Origin: an uncultured Verrucomicrobiota bacterium
GTDB lineage: Bacteria > Verrucomicrobiota > Verrucomicrobiia > Chthoniobacterales > JACTMZ01
Length of the DNA stretch: 64,000 bases
Assembly: GCA_903953565.1 (NCBI GenBank)
Contig: CAJBKE010000059.1
Span: forward strand, 15,923 to 79,922
Direction of reading: 5' to 3'
Part shown: piece by piece, positions 56,036 to 64,000 of the stretch
Layout of the letters: each line of letters begins with the position of its first letter
Numbering within the stretch: position 1 is the first letter of the stretch
Position numbers and translations under genes: made by a program
The notes under the pieces: model-generated
Database searches by the model: none
What the model saw: only the letters and a program-made list of their open reading frames with translations
Told to the model about the DNA's origin: nothing

Positions 56036-56105
56036 GTCCGCCGCGGCGGACGCGGACAGCCCCAAGATAAAGGGCGCCGATCCACCTCGCCAGACGTCCG
56101 GAGCC
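56036..56105. repeat. partial copy of the long palindromic element (right half)
   Basis: It shares the 16-bp palindrome GTCCGCCGCGGCGGAC with 46388-46403. It also shares GATCCACCTCGCCAGACGTCCGGAGCC with 46474-46500. Confidence 0.7.
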
Positions 56106-56159
56106 TTTTCGTGATTGGGGATAACTCGCCGCAAACCCCACCCGGAACCAATCGAGCGA

Positions 56160-56198
56160 CCTTTGGAGTGCATCGGCATGACGCCCCATTGCCTTTCC
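56160..56198. repeat. degenerate GC-rich hairpin repeat
   Basis: CCTTTGGAGTGCATCGGCATGACGCCCCATTGCCTTTCC aligns with the 54154-54194 motif, with several substitutions that break the stem. Confidence 0.55.
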
Positions 56199-56202
56199 GC
56201 GT

Positions 56203-57183
56203 CTACTCCCCGACAAACGGATAAATTTCCTTCAGTGTGACCGGCGTGACTCCCGGCACCCGAAGCAAATCGAAACTTCCGGCAAACGGGCGCGCTGCAA
56301 TGATAGCTTCCGCTGTCTTCTCCCCGATGCCCGGCAAAGCGGTCAACTCCTCCTTGGTGGCTGTGTTGATATCGATTTTGGAATCCTTGCCGGGCGATTT
56401 GGTTTCTGATCTTGGCCCAGTTTCGTCCTTTGCTGCGGGCTTTGGAGACTCCGCCGCATCTGACGGAACATCTTGCCCGCCGGAAGGGCTGTTTTCCTCG
56501 ACCAGCGCCGCCGAGGCCATGGCCTCATCGATGACATTGCCCATGACAGACGAGAGAATATCTTTGCCCGCGTGGCTTTCGTTTGCCTCCGTCGCTTCTG
56601 ACTCCTCCACCTCCACAGAGCCTGCCTCACCACCCCAAATACCGACCCCTGACCGCCGGGCCTTTTTTTCCAGCCGGTCGTAGCGCTGCTGCAGCTGGGC
56701 GGCCGACGACGATTTGGTGGCGGCTTTCATTCCGAAGCTGCGCGCCCATCCGGCGGCGAGGAGGAGTTCACCGAGGTCCTCGCCGTCCGCCGTCTCGACG
56801 AAGGCGTAATGCCGCCCGCCCTTCGACATACCCCGCGCATCTTCCCAACGGGTGGACACCTTAAAATCCCGCTTTAACCGCTTCTTGGTAAAAACGGCGG
56901 CGCCTTTCCCGGCTTTGAGCACTTCCTCCTGAGTTGCTTCGAAAGCGTCGGCCTGCTCACTCACCCTTCGCGGAATAAGCAGGCTCGTCTCGGGCGCATC
57001 GACGAAGTAGAGCCGGAACACATATTCGCGCCCCTTGTGTTTCACATGAAAGCTGTCCCCGTCGTTCGACGCGTTTTCGGCTATCCGACAGCCTTCCAAG
57101 TCCACCCATTCGGCGCGGAGTTGCCCAAGCGGGAGACAAATGATGCCGAGAAGCAACAGCGATGCGCTGAGAAAGCGGGACAT
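56203..57183 (-). CDS. secreted staphylococcal-nuclease-like (SNase) domain fused to a ComEA-type helix-hairpin-helix DNA-binding domain
   Basis: Signal peptide. SNase catalytic blocks DGDSFHV, FRLYFVDAPET, GGRHYAFV and GIWG. After an acidic/Ser-rich linker comes IDINTATKEELTALPGIGEKTAEAIIAARPF. Confidence 0.8.
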   Translation of the reverse strand: MSRFLSASLLLLGIICLPLGQLRAEWVDLEGCRIAENASNDGDSFHVKHKGREYVFRLYFVDAPETSLLIPRRVSEQADAFEATQEEVLKAGKGAAVFTKKRLKRDFKVSTRWEDARGMSKGGRHYAFVETADGEDLGELLLAAGWARSFGMKAATKSSSAAQLQQRYDRLEKKARRSGVGIWGGEAGSVEVEESEATEANESHAGKDILSSVMGNVIDEAMASAALVEENSPSGGQDVPSDAAESPKPAAKDETGPRSETKSPGKDSKIDINTATKEELTALPGIGEKTAEAIIAARPFAGSFDLLRVPGVTPVTLKEIYPFVGE

Positions 57184-57284
57184 CGGATTTACTCGTGCGG
57201 CAAAACCATTGTGACGGCAAGTCTGCGTTTCCGCCTTTACTGATTGGCTGGAGACTGAAAACTGCCTACTGCCAACTCCTCATC

Positions 57285-58508
57285 ATGCCCTCCCGCATCC
57301 GCAACAAAATCATCTTCCTCACCTGCCTCCTCTTTTTCGTGGCCGGAGGATTCCTCGTCTACCGCTATTGGGTCATGCAGAGGCCGTTCGCGGTGATCCT
57401 CTTTGTCTCGGAAAACTTCACGCCATCAACCATGTCCGCCGCGCGCCTCTTTGCCGGAGGCGCCGACTACCGGTTCAAGATGGAAACGTTGCCCCACATG
57501 GCCCTCGCTTCGCCGCGAGCCCGGGACTACGCAGTGGCTGATGTCGCCGCCGCGGCCTCAGCCATGGCCACAGGTCAGCTCGTCAATCGCGGCACCCTCT
57601 CCGCCACGCCGGAGGGACAAACGCTCGAAACCCTCATCGACCAGGCGCGCCGCGCCGGCCGCTCCACCGGCTTAGTCTCGAATACGCCGCTGACCGAACC
57701 GGCCACCGCAGCCTTTTACGCGGCGGGGTTCGATCCGGCCAATGCCGATGCGCTGGCCGTGCATCTGTTGGAAAAAGCGCCGCTCGACCTCGTGCTCGGG
57801 GGCGGCTCGTCCCAGATGGTGCCCGTTGAACAAGGAGGCACCCGTCAGGACGGGAGGGATCTCCTGCTCGAAGCACGCCAGCGCGGCTATGACATTGTCC
57901 GCACCCGCGAGGAGCTCGACAGCACGCCCGGTTGGCGCAGTCCGCAGGTCTTCGGCATTTTCGCCGAGGGCGATCTGGCTTTCGCCGAGGATGCCTCGCG
58001 CTATCCGAGCCAGCCCAGCCTCTCCGATCTGGTCCGGCGGGCCATTGAGTTGCTCCAATTCAACAACCGCGGCTATTTCCTCGTGGTCAATGCCGGCCTG
58101 GCCGGACGCGCCGCGCAAGTCGGCCGCGGCGAAAGCCTCCTCCGCGAAGTCGCCGCCCTCGACGAAGCCGTCGAAACCGCCCGCCGCTTCGCCGGCGAGA
58201 AAGCCGTCATCGTTGTCAGCGGCCTGGTCAACACCGGCGGCCTCCAGTTGAACGCCTTCTCCTTCGCCCCCGACCGAGGCATCGCCGTGGTCAGCCCGAG
58301 CGCGTCGGGTGTCCCCGCCCTCAGCTGGTCCACGGGCGCCTCCCCGAAAACCGACTCCGGGGTCCAGCAATCTTTCGCCACCTCCACCGAACGGGCCTTG
58401 CCGGTTACCGAGGATATCCTTGTTTTGTCGACAGCCCCCGCCAAGCCGGAGTCCGGGGCTTTTCTGGGCTTCCGCGATTTGCACGCGTTCCTGCAAGAGC
58501 GATTGTAG
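57285..58508 (+). CDS. membrane-anchored alkaline-phosphatase-fold protein with a degenerate active site (probable pseudoenzyme)
   Basis: N-terminal TM helix. The PhoA-like blocks align, but key residues are replaced: ADVAAAASAMATG for TDSAASATAWSTG, VSENFT for GDGMG, VVNAGLAGRAAQ for QVEGASIDKQDH, VSGLVN for TADHAH. Confidence 0.65.
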   Translation: MPSRIRNKIIFLTCLLFFVAGGFLVYRYWVMQRPFAVILFVSENFTPSTMSAARLFAGGADYRFKMETLPHMALASPRARDYAVADVAAAASAMATGQLVNRGTLSATPEGQTLETLIDQARRAGRSTGLVSNTPLTEPATAAFYAAGFDPANADALAVHLLEKAPLDLVLGGGSSQMVPVEQGGTRQDGRDLLLEARQRGYDIVRTREELDSTPGWRSPQVFGIFAEGDLAFAEDASRYPSQPSLSDLVRRAIELLQFNNRGYFLVVNAGLAGRAAQVGRGESLLREVAALDEAVETARRFAGEKAVIVVSGLVNTGGLQLNAFSFAPDRGIAVVSPSASGVPALSWSTGASPKTDSGVQQSFATSTERALPVTEDILVLSTAPAKPESGAFLGFRDLHAFLQERL

Positions 58509-58568
58509 CTAAAAATTGGCTTGGATGCGGGCCGAGACACTCTAAAAATGGAGTAGATCGCAAAACGC

Positions 58569-59384
58569 ATGAAAAAGCTGCTCCTCCCCGTCATCGCCAT
58601 CTGTCTCTCTGGCACCCCCCTCCTTGCCGGCAACTGGTTCGGCTCGGGTCCTTGGGCCAACGGCACATACTACCCCGGACAGTTGGACGGCCGCTACTTC
58701 GCGAACGTTTACAACAACGTGGGCGGAACTTTCACCAGAGTCTCCACCACTAATAGCTTCTTCATCACAAACCAAGTAACCACGACCGTCACAAGCAACG
58801 GGATAACGGAGACAATAACTACTAACACCGTTACCGGACCACTTTTGCAAACGAACACAACGGTCTTAGGCTCCGTAGTCTCAGGCGTAATCAGCTTCGG
58901 CATCAAAGACGGCTTGCCCGCAACCGGAACTCAAAGCACTTCGGCGTCCTCATCTACGGCGCAATCGATCACTGTGGATCCTTCGCTCAACAACTTCCTT
59001 GTTTATGTAAATGGCGATGTTTATGTGGGCACGACAAGCGCAAACATCAACCCCGACAGCAGCACAGTTTCAGGCGTCTTGGCCAACGGAGCCGGCCGGA
59101 CCCGCTATCAATTGTTTACCAACCAAACAGCGGGGACTTTTGCGGTCGCCAACACGGGTGTCGAGGTCATCAGCATTCCATCCGCGTCAGCCAGCGGATA
59201 TTTCAACGCCAACGTCAACAACAACAAGGCGACCTACACCTTTACCGGCGACGGCACGATTGCTATTGCTACGGCGACTGGCGGTGGTTCCGAGGTCGAC
59301 GGCACGCACGATTTTCAACTCAATGGCATCAAGACCTCAGTCAATTCCTCGTCTGCTTTCCCGCAAGCCTCGACCGCTCAGTAA
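58569..59384 (+). CDS. secreted Thr/Asn/Ser/Gly-rich beta-rich hypothetical protein (271 aa)
   Basis: Signal peptide MKKLLLPVIAICLSGTPLLA. It has no recognisable domain. Codon usage is visibly A/T-richer at third positions (ata, aca, act, gta, tta) than in the rest of the window. Confidence 0.65.
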   Translation: MKKLLLPVIAICLSGTPLLAGNWFGSGPWANGTYYPGQLDGRYFANVYNNVGGTFTRVSTTNSFFITNQVTTTVTSNGITETITTNTVTGPLLQTNTTVLGSVVSGVISFGIKDGLPATGTQSTSASSSTAQSITVDPSLNNFLVYVNGDVYVGTTSANINPDSSTVSGVLANGAGRTRYQLFTNQTAGTFAVANTGVEVISIPSASASGYFNANVNNNKATYTFTGDGTIAIATATGGGSEVDGTHDFQLNGIKTSVNSSSAFPQASTAQ

Positions 59385-59937
59385 GGAATCTCAACGCGCC
59401 GGTTGGTCAAGTGGACCGACGATCGAACTGGCAGCGGACCACAAAACCAAGGCTTTCACCGTTCTCGATGTCGTAGCAGCAGTAGCGATCATTGGTATCT
59501 TGGTATTGCTGGCCGTGCCGAACTTCGGCAACTACCTGCGCAAAGCCCAAGAAGTGCGCTGCACGGCCAACATGCGCAACATCACCGTCGCATTGCGCGG
59601 CTATCTGCAGGATCACGGCAATGTCTGGCCGCAGGGCCCCTCCCCGGAAGCCGGGATCGCCTGGGAAAACTTCTGGCTCGGTGTCCTCCGCTCCTACGGC
59701 ATCACCGACAAAACGTGGCAATGCCCCGGGATTGTCGCCCGCTCGGAGGCCGACGCACCGCGCGTCCACTACACCCCGACCATGTTCCCGCCCGTGCCCG
59801 GCATCGCCGACCGTTGGGCGACGCAACCGTGGCTCATCGAACGCGGCGAAGGCCACGGACATGGAGCGTTGATCTGCTTTCCCGACGGCTCGATCAAATC
59901 TTTCGACAAAGTTATGGCCGAGTTGGGCGCGCGGTGA
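59323..59937 (+). CDS. prepilin-type N-terminal domain / H-X9-DG (DUF1559-like) pseudopilin, atypical
   Basis: KTKA-FTVLDVVAAVAIIGILVLLAVPNF pilin-like helix, CTANMRNI block, and C-terminal H-GHGALICFP-DGS (H-X9-DG). The start is uncertain: the only canonical in-frame start upstream of the helix is ATG 59323, inside the preceding gene. Confidence 0.6.
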   Translation: MASRPQSIPRLLSRKPRPLSKESQRAGWSSGPTIELAADHKTKAFTVLDVVAAVAIIGILVLLAVPNFGNYLRKAQEVRCTANMRNITVALRGYLQDHGNVWPQGPSPEAGIAWENFWLGVLRSYGITDKTWQCPGIVARSEADAPRVHYTPTMFPPVPGIADRWATQPWLIERGEGHGHGALICFPDGSIKSFDKVMAELGAR

Positions 59938-59993
59938 GCTGGTAGATCGGAAGAGGAGCAGTGTGAACCCGTAGGCTTCGGCTGCGGAGGAAC

Positions 59994-62900
59994 CTACGGC
60001 GCAGTGGTGGCAGCCGCGGTGGGCGTCGCCGTGACCCTGTAGAACAAGGAGGCGGGAGCCTGTGCCCCGGTGGGACGCGGTATGAATGCACTCACGCGCT
60101 CATACCCGCTTGGAACCGTAACGCCGTTCTCCGGCGTGACCACTTGCGGAGTCACTCCGGCGACCGCCGTCCAATTCGGGGCGCCGAGCGAAGGAGACTG
60201 CTGAATCTGGTAGACGACTTCAGAGGTGGCGACTCGGCGTGTGTAGCGGATGGTGATTCCATTGCTTTGGAACTGATGGGCTGCCGGGATGGCGTCGGCC
60301 AAGTCAGGCCGCATGCCGAAGGCGAATTCCACGAGATTGGAATGACCGTCTCCGTCGGGATCAGCCCCGGGCAGAGCGTCGGCTCCGGCCAAGCCATGCC
60401 CGACCAGCCAATCGACCATAGGCGAGGCGGCACGGATGTCGAAAGTCAGAGCTGCTTGGGCACTTCCACCTGCGTTGTGCGCGCTCAGGGTTGTCTGGAG
60501 CAAACCGGCTTGCAGGGGTACGCCGAGCACCAAGCCGCTGGATGTGTTGAGCGAAAGTCCTACCGGGAGGGCGCCGACGCTGAAGCCCGTGGGGGCATTG
60601 GCGGCCGCGAAGTTGTAGGACAACAAGCCACCCACCGAGCCACTGATCGTGGCAGGGGCCACGATCGGGGCCGCTGGCACGACCAAATAGACAACGCGGT
60701 TGCTGCCAACCAGACCGGGGCCGTTGGAAGCGATGAGGGTGACAGGATAGGTGCCGATGTTGGTGAATCGACCGCTGATCACCATTCGACCGGTATTCGT
60801 GGAAACCGTCACGGACGAAGGCAGATTTGTGGCGACGAAGCTGTATATGGTGTTGGAGAGCAGGTTCTGGCCCCCGACAGTGTTGGTAAAGTTGTTGCTT
60901 ATGGTCAGGATGTTGGTGCCCGTGTTGGTGATAACCGGCGGGAGCAGGGATGATGCCAGATTGGTGCTGAGCGCCGCGGTGTTAGTGGCCCAAGGGTTGC
61001 CGGGGGCCAACAGGTAGTTGAGCGCGATGCCTTGCACCTTCGGGTTAAAGTTCACCAGACTTGTCTGCAGGCTGTTGGGAGCCATGTTGGCAGGGGGCAG
61101 GTTCGCATAAAACGCCGACATGTAGGCGTAGTTGTAGCCGTATCGCGAGATCGCCGAGTTCGTCGCGGAGGGCACGGCCAGAATGTTCGCGGCAATCGCT
61201 GTCGGCGAACCAAAGGAAAGAATGTCGTTCGTATATGCCAAGGGCAGGTATGGCTCATTGAACGACCGGAGCATCCACAGCCTAAACTGATCGTTGTTCA
61301 TGGACCGCACCGCCAGGTTCGTGCCGGTCGCGTTTACGGAGTTGAGGAGCGCCTCGGACACCAAGGCTTGGCCTATCGTGGCACCGTAGGGCGGTGTTCC
61401 GGCCTGTGCCGACATCGGCTGGAAAGTCTGCGGAATGAGCTGCGAATTAGTGCCATTGGTCATGGTGCCGAGATAGGACCGCACCGCGTTGGTCGAAGGA
61501 GCGGTCAGCCCCATGCGCAGGAAATATCCGAAGAGAACGTTTTGCGCCGAGAGATACTGCGGACTTTGCATCATGGCCACGATCGTCTCGGACTGCGTTG
61601 CACCCCCGTTAAGCATATTCAAATAGATTTCGTACTCGCCGTAGCTCGGCTGGCGGAGGAAAATCTTGTTGAAGTAATCGACGACAAATTTGGCATTCGA
61701 ACCGGCCGGAGGATTCACAGGCACCGTGGGCTGCTTGGCCGTGATTTGCACAAAGGAAGAGCCTTCACCCCCACGGTTGTCAGTTGCGATAACCTCGACC
61801 ACGTAGGTGCCGGCGGGATCGGCGGTGAAGGACCAATCGAAAGGCGTCGAAGTGAGCGTTCCGAGAGAGGTCCCGTTGACCAGACACCTGGCCGACACGA
61901 TGGCTTTTCTTCCTTTTGGAGTAGCCACGGCACTGACTGTGATCAGCGAGCCGGGTATGACCTCTGTTCCGTTGAGCGGAGAAAAGATAGACACGCTGGG
62001 CTGGGTGTCGGGAGGCACCGGATTGTCGCCTACTGTTTGCTGGTCGGAGACGAAAACATCGCGCACTTGTGTGTTGTCAAGCGGTGTCAGGTTGTTGGGA
62101 CCGAAAATGAGGCCTCCCTCGCCGCTCGAGTCGGAACTGAAAGTGACGAAGCGCCCGTCGGCACTAATGGCCGGCAAGCTGCTGTTGGCCGAGGTGGTGG
62201 CGTTAACACCGGACGTTTGGCCGCCGTCGATGAGCGTTTTATAGCCGAAGCGGTTCACGCTAATACGGCGCGTGCGCAGGTTCCCCGGCACGTCGAAACC
62301 CGTGGTCGGTTCATCGTTAGACAAGCGATCGTGAAGATAGACGTTGGAGGTGGGAAAAATGAAAGGGCGAATCAACTCACCGGTCGCCGGGCTCCCCGGA
62401 AAGGTGTTGCTATCGGTGGCCGTATGCACGTCGAGGTTGGTGGCAATCGTCCGGAAGGCGACAAAGCGTCCCGAGCGATCGATACTGGGCTGGTTGCTGC
62501 CAAAGGGAACGCCTTGGATCGGAGCCACAATGGTATTACCCGGCAGCAAGGCGTCTTCCTCCGCTTGTATCCCTCCCCCGGACATGCCGGCCAGTTCCAG
62601 CACAGTCGAATCCGTCGTCATCACCACGTTCCCCTGGGCCCCTGGCACGAGGTTCCTCACGTAAATTGAGGGACCATAGGCCGTTCCAGGAGCGGCTGCG
62701 TTGGGCGGTGTAGTGGCCCGGGCAACCAACTCGAGTCCAGCCGTGTTGATGGCGGAAACGAGATTGTTCCGGGTTTCGTAAACAGTCGTCCCGACCGCGA
62801 CATCGGTTCCAAAAACCAAAGTGACAGGAGGACTGATACCGTCGTTGATCGTCAGTTGCTCGCCGGTGGCAGGTTGGTTGACCGGAATGTTCCCCACCTC

Positions 62901-64000
62901 GGGGTAGGCAGAGAGAAACGTGATGGTGCCGGTGGCGACTCGCGGTTCGCTGATGCTGACGCGGGACGTGGCCCTGCTGCTCGGGGTGCCCAAGGGTTTG
63001 AGCAGGTTTCGCACGAAGATATCGGGCACCCGGTTGTAGTCCCCAGCCGGGACCACCGCGGGATCGACGGGCGCAGCAGGATTTGCCGGGTCGTTGTTGG
63101 GATAGGTCGGGGTATACGAACCATCCGTTTCGTTGCGCACGAAGTTCGAGGCATAGGAGGTGAAGGCGATCTGGCTGCCGTCGCCGTTGATGGCGGCCTC
63201 GTCGCAGTCGGGACGGATGAAAGCCCCCACCGGATCCACGCCTACGGCGACAGGGGCGGCTGCCAAGTCATTCACGCTGACCGGAACCACGCTGGCCGGG
63301 GTCGGACCCGCGCCCGGCACCACCGTGACGCGATAAATCATCGAATATCCCGTGCCGAGGGGCATGTTGCGGGCATACGAAGAATAGGCCACAAAAACCC
63401 CTCCAAGCGTGGCGATGTCTGCCGCGGTGTCGTCGAGATTGACCACGGCGTTGTTGCACCAGCCATTTGCCACCGTGCCGGAGTTGTTGATGCTCACCAG
63501 ATATGTAGCCGTGGCTCCCGCCTCATCGAAGACCCCGTTGCCATCGAGATCGCGGTCGTGCAGAAAAATCTGATTGTCCCGGTTGCCGCTCGGCAAAGGA
63601 CGCGCCGGATCCAAATTGCGGGCGAGGGATTCGAAGGAAATAAAGCGTCCGCTTTGGCTCATTTGCGGCCTGAAGCTATCCCCATTGGCAATCAATCCGG
63701 CGGCACTTTTGCTCACCACGATAGTCGAGTTCTCGGCCAGATTGTAAACGTAGATCATGGAGCGTCCGCCTGTTCCGGAAGTCCCCAAATTCGTCGCACG
63801 GGAATCGAAGGCGACAAAATTTCCGTTCGCGCTGATCACCGGATTGAAGCAGTCGGCATTGGCTTGGACACCGGCGAGATTCGCGCTGATCAACTCGATT
63901 TCGCGACTCTGACGGTATTTCAGGAAGACCTGCTGCCCCGCGGTGACAGGGCCGGTTCCGCCTCCCGGCAAATTCAAAAGATTGGTGGCCCGCGAAGCAA
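59994..64000 (-). CDS. giant surface protein (beta-propeller repeats, Ig-like domains, DUF4214, cadherin-like Ig); N-terminus lies outside the window
   Basis: The ORF is open to the window end (upstream codons read ...ASRATNLL). About seven F-x-S-x-A-x-N-L propeller-blade motifs, an Ig-like segment (PSVSIFSPLNGTEV...), DUF4214-like VDYFNKIFLRQPSYGEYEIYLNML, two LP..L.(L/V)..(N/S)TG cadherin-like Ig units, and DPDGDGHSNLVEFAFG near the C-terminus. Confidence 0.8.
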   Translation of the reverse strand, partial: ASRATNLLNLPGGGTGPVTAGQQVFLKYRQSREIELISANLAGVQANADCFNPVISANGNFVAFDSRATNLGTSGTGGRSMIYVYNLAENSTIVVSKSAAGLIANGDSFRPQMSQSGRFISFESLARNLDPARPLPSGNRDNQIFLHDRDLDGNGVFDEAGATATYLVSINNSGTVANGWCNNAVVNLDDTAADIATLGGVFVAYSSYARNMPLGTGYSMIYRVTVVPGAGPTPASVVPVSVNDLAAAPVAVGVDPVGAFIRPDCDEAAINGDGSQIAFTSYASNFVRNETDGSYTPTYPNNDPANPAAPVDPAVVPAGDYNRVPDIFVRNLLKPLGTPSSRATSRVSISEPRVATGTITFLSAYPEVGNIPVNQPATGEQLTINDGISPPVTLVFGTDVAVGTTVYETRNNLVSAINTAGLELVARATTPPNAAAPGTAYGPSIYVRNLVPGAQGNVVMTTDSTVLELAGMSGGGIQAEEDALLPGNTIVAPIQGVPFGSNQPSIDRSGRFVAFRTIATNLDVHTATDSNTFPGSPATGELIRPFIFPTSNVYLHDRLSNDEPTTGFDVPGNLRTRRISVNRFGYKTLIDGGQTSGVNATTSANSSLPAISADGRFVTFSSDSSGEGGLIFGPNNLTPLDNTQVRDVFVSDQQTVGDNPVPPDTQPSVSIFSPLNGTEVIPGSLITVSAVATPKGRKAIVSARCLVNGTSLGTLTSTPFDWSFTADPAGTYVVEVIATDNRGGEGSSFVQITAKQPTVPVNPPAGSNAKFVVDYFNKIFLRQPSYGEYEIYLNMLNGGATQSETIVAMMQSPQYLSAQNVLFGYFLRMGLTAPSTNAVRSYLGTMTNGTNSQLIPQTFQPMSAQAGTPPYGATIGQALVSEALLNSVNATGTNLAVRSMNNDQFRLWMLRSFNEPYLPLAYTNDILSFGSPTAIAANILAVPSATNSAISRYGYNYAYMSAFYANLPPANMAPNSLQTSLVNFNPKVQGIALNYLLAPGNPWATNTAALSTNLASSLLPPVITNTGTNILTISNNFTNTVGGQNLLSNTIYSFVATNLPSSVTVSTNTGRMVISGRFTNIGTYPVTLIASNGPGLVGSNRVVYLVVPAAPIVAPATISGSVGGLLSYNFAAANAPTGFSVGALPVGLSLNTSSGLVLGVPLQAGLLQTTLSAHNAGGSAQAALTFDIRAASPMVDWLVGHGLAGADALPGADPDGDGHSNLVEFAFGMRPDLADAIPAAHQFQSNGITIRYTRRVATSEVVYQIQQSPSLGAPNWTAVAGVTPQVVTPENGVTVPSGYERVSAFIPRPTGAQAPASLFYRVTATPTAAATTAP

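Noticed and set aside
58500-59400. Calling the lower-GC stretch a horizontally transferred island
   Set aside because: No mobility genes or boundaries are visible. Part of the shift is explained by the Thr/Asn/Ser-rich protein composition. It is kept only as a compositional observation that needs computation.
61032-62669. 545-aa plus-strand ORF
   Set aside because: It is antisense to the giant surface-protein gene, which has repeated recognisable motifs in the opposite frame.

Overview
This is a 64-kb high-GC bacterial chromosomal segment. It is densely coding, with about 60 protein genes and 3 tRNAs. I saw no rRNA, CRISPR array, integrase or transposase. Several features suggest a PVC-group organism such as a verrucomicrobium, but this is inference only: an H-X9-DG pseudopilin, a chagasin-type inhibitor, a GYF-bactofilin fusion and GC-rich hairpin repeats. 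The left end is a reductive pyrimidine-catabolism operon (preT, preA, mmsA, dihydropyrimidinase, NCS1 permease, class III aminotransferase). The middle holds housekeeping genes (lepB, uvrA, dnaE, a 5'-3' exonuclease, prc, mnmE, hisC, thiG, dsbD, rpoZ, smpB, trpEG) plus transporters and envelope proteins. The right end (about 54-64 kb) looks accessory. It carries a frameshifted nucleotidyltransferase-like gene bracketed by direct repeats, a Phd/VapC toxin-antitoxin pair and a secreted SNase-ComEA nuclease. It also carries an alkaline-phosphatase homologue with a degenerate active site, a low-GC3 secreted Thr/Asn-rich protein, an atypical H-X9-DG pseudopilin, and a surface protein of more than 1,330 aa (beta-propeller/Ig/DUF4214) that runs off the window. 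Three signals are least explained. (i) A micro-operon invisible to the ORF track lies just upstream of lepB: a 46-aa secreted 7-Cys peptide, GTGA-coupled to a 76-aa helical protein. (ii) There are two intergenic repeat families, one a ~67-bp nested palindrome whose four full copies all sit in convergent gene gaps. (iii) Several genes are decayed: guaD and the NTase-like gene are frameshifted, DUF72 survives only as an internal fragment, and a YefM antitoxin has no toxin. All functional calls come from motif recognition by eye; no database search or computation beyond hand counting was possible.
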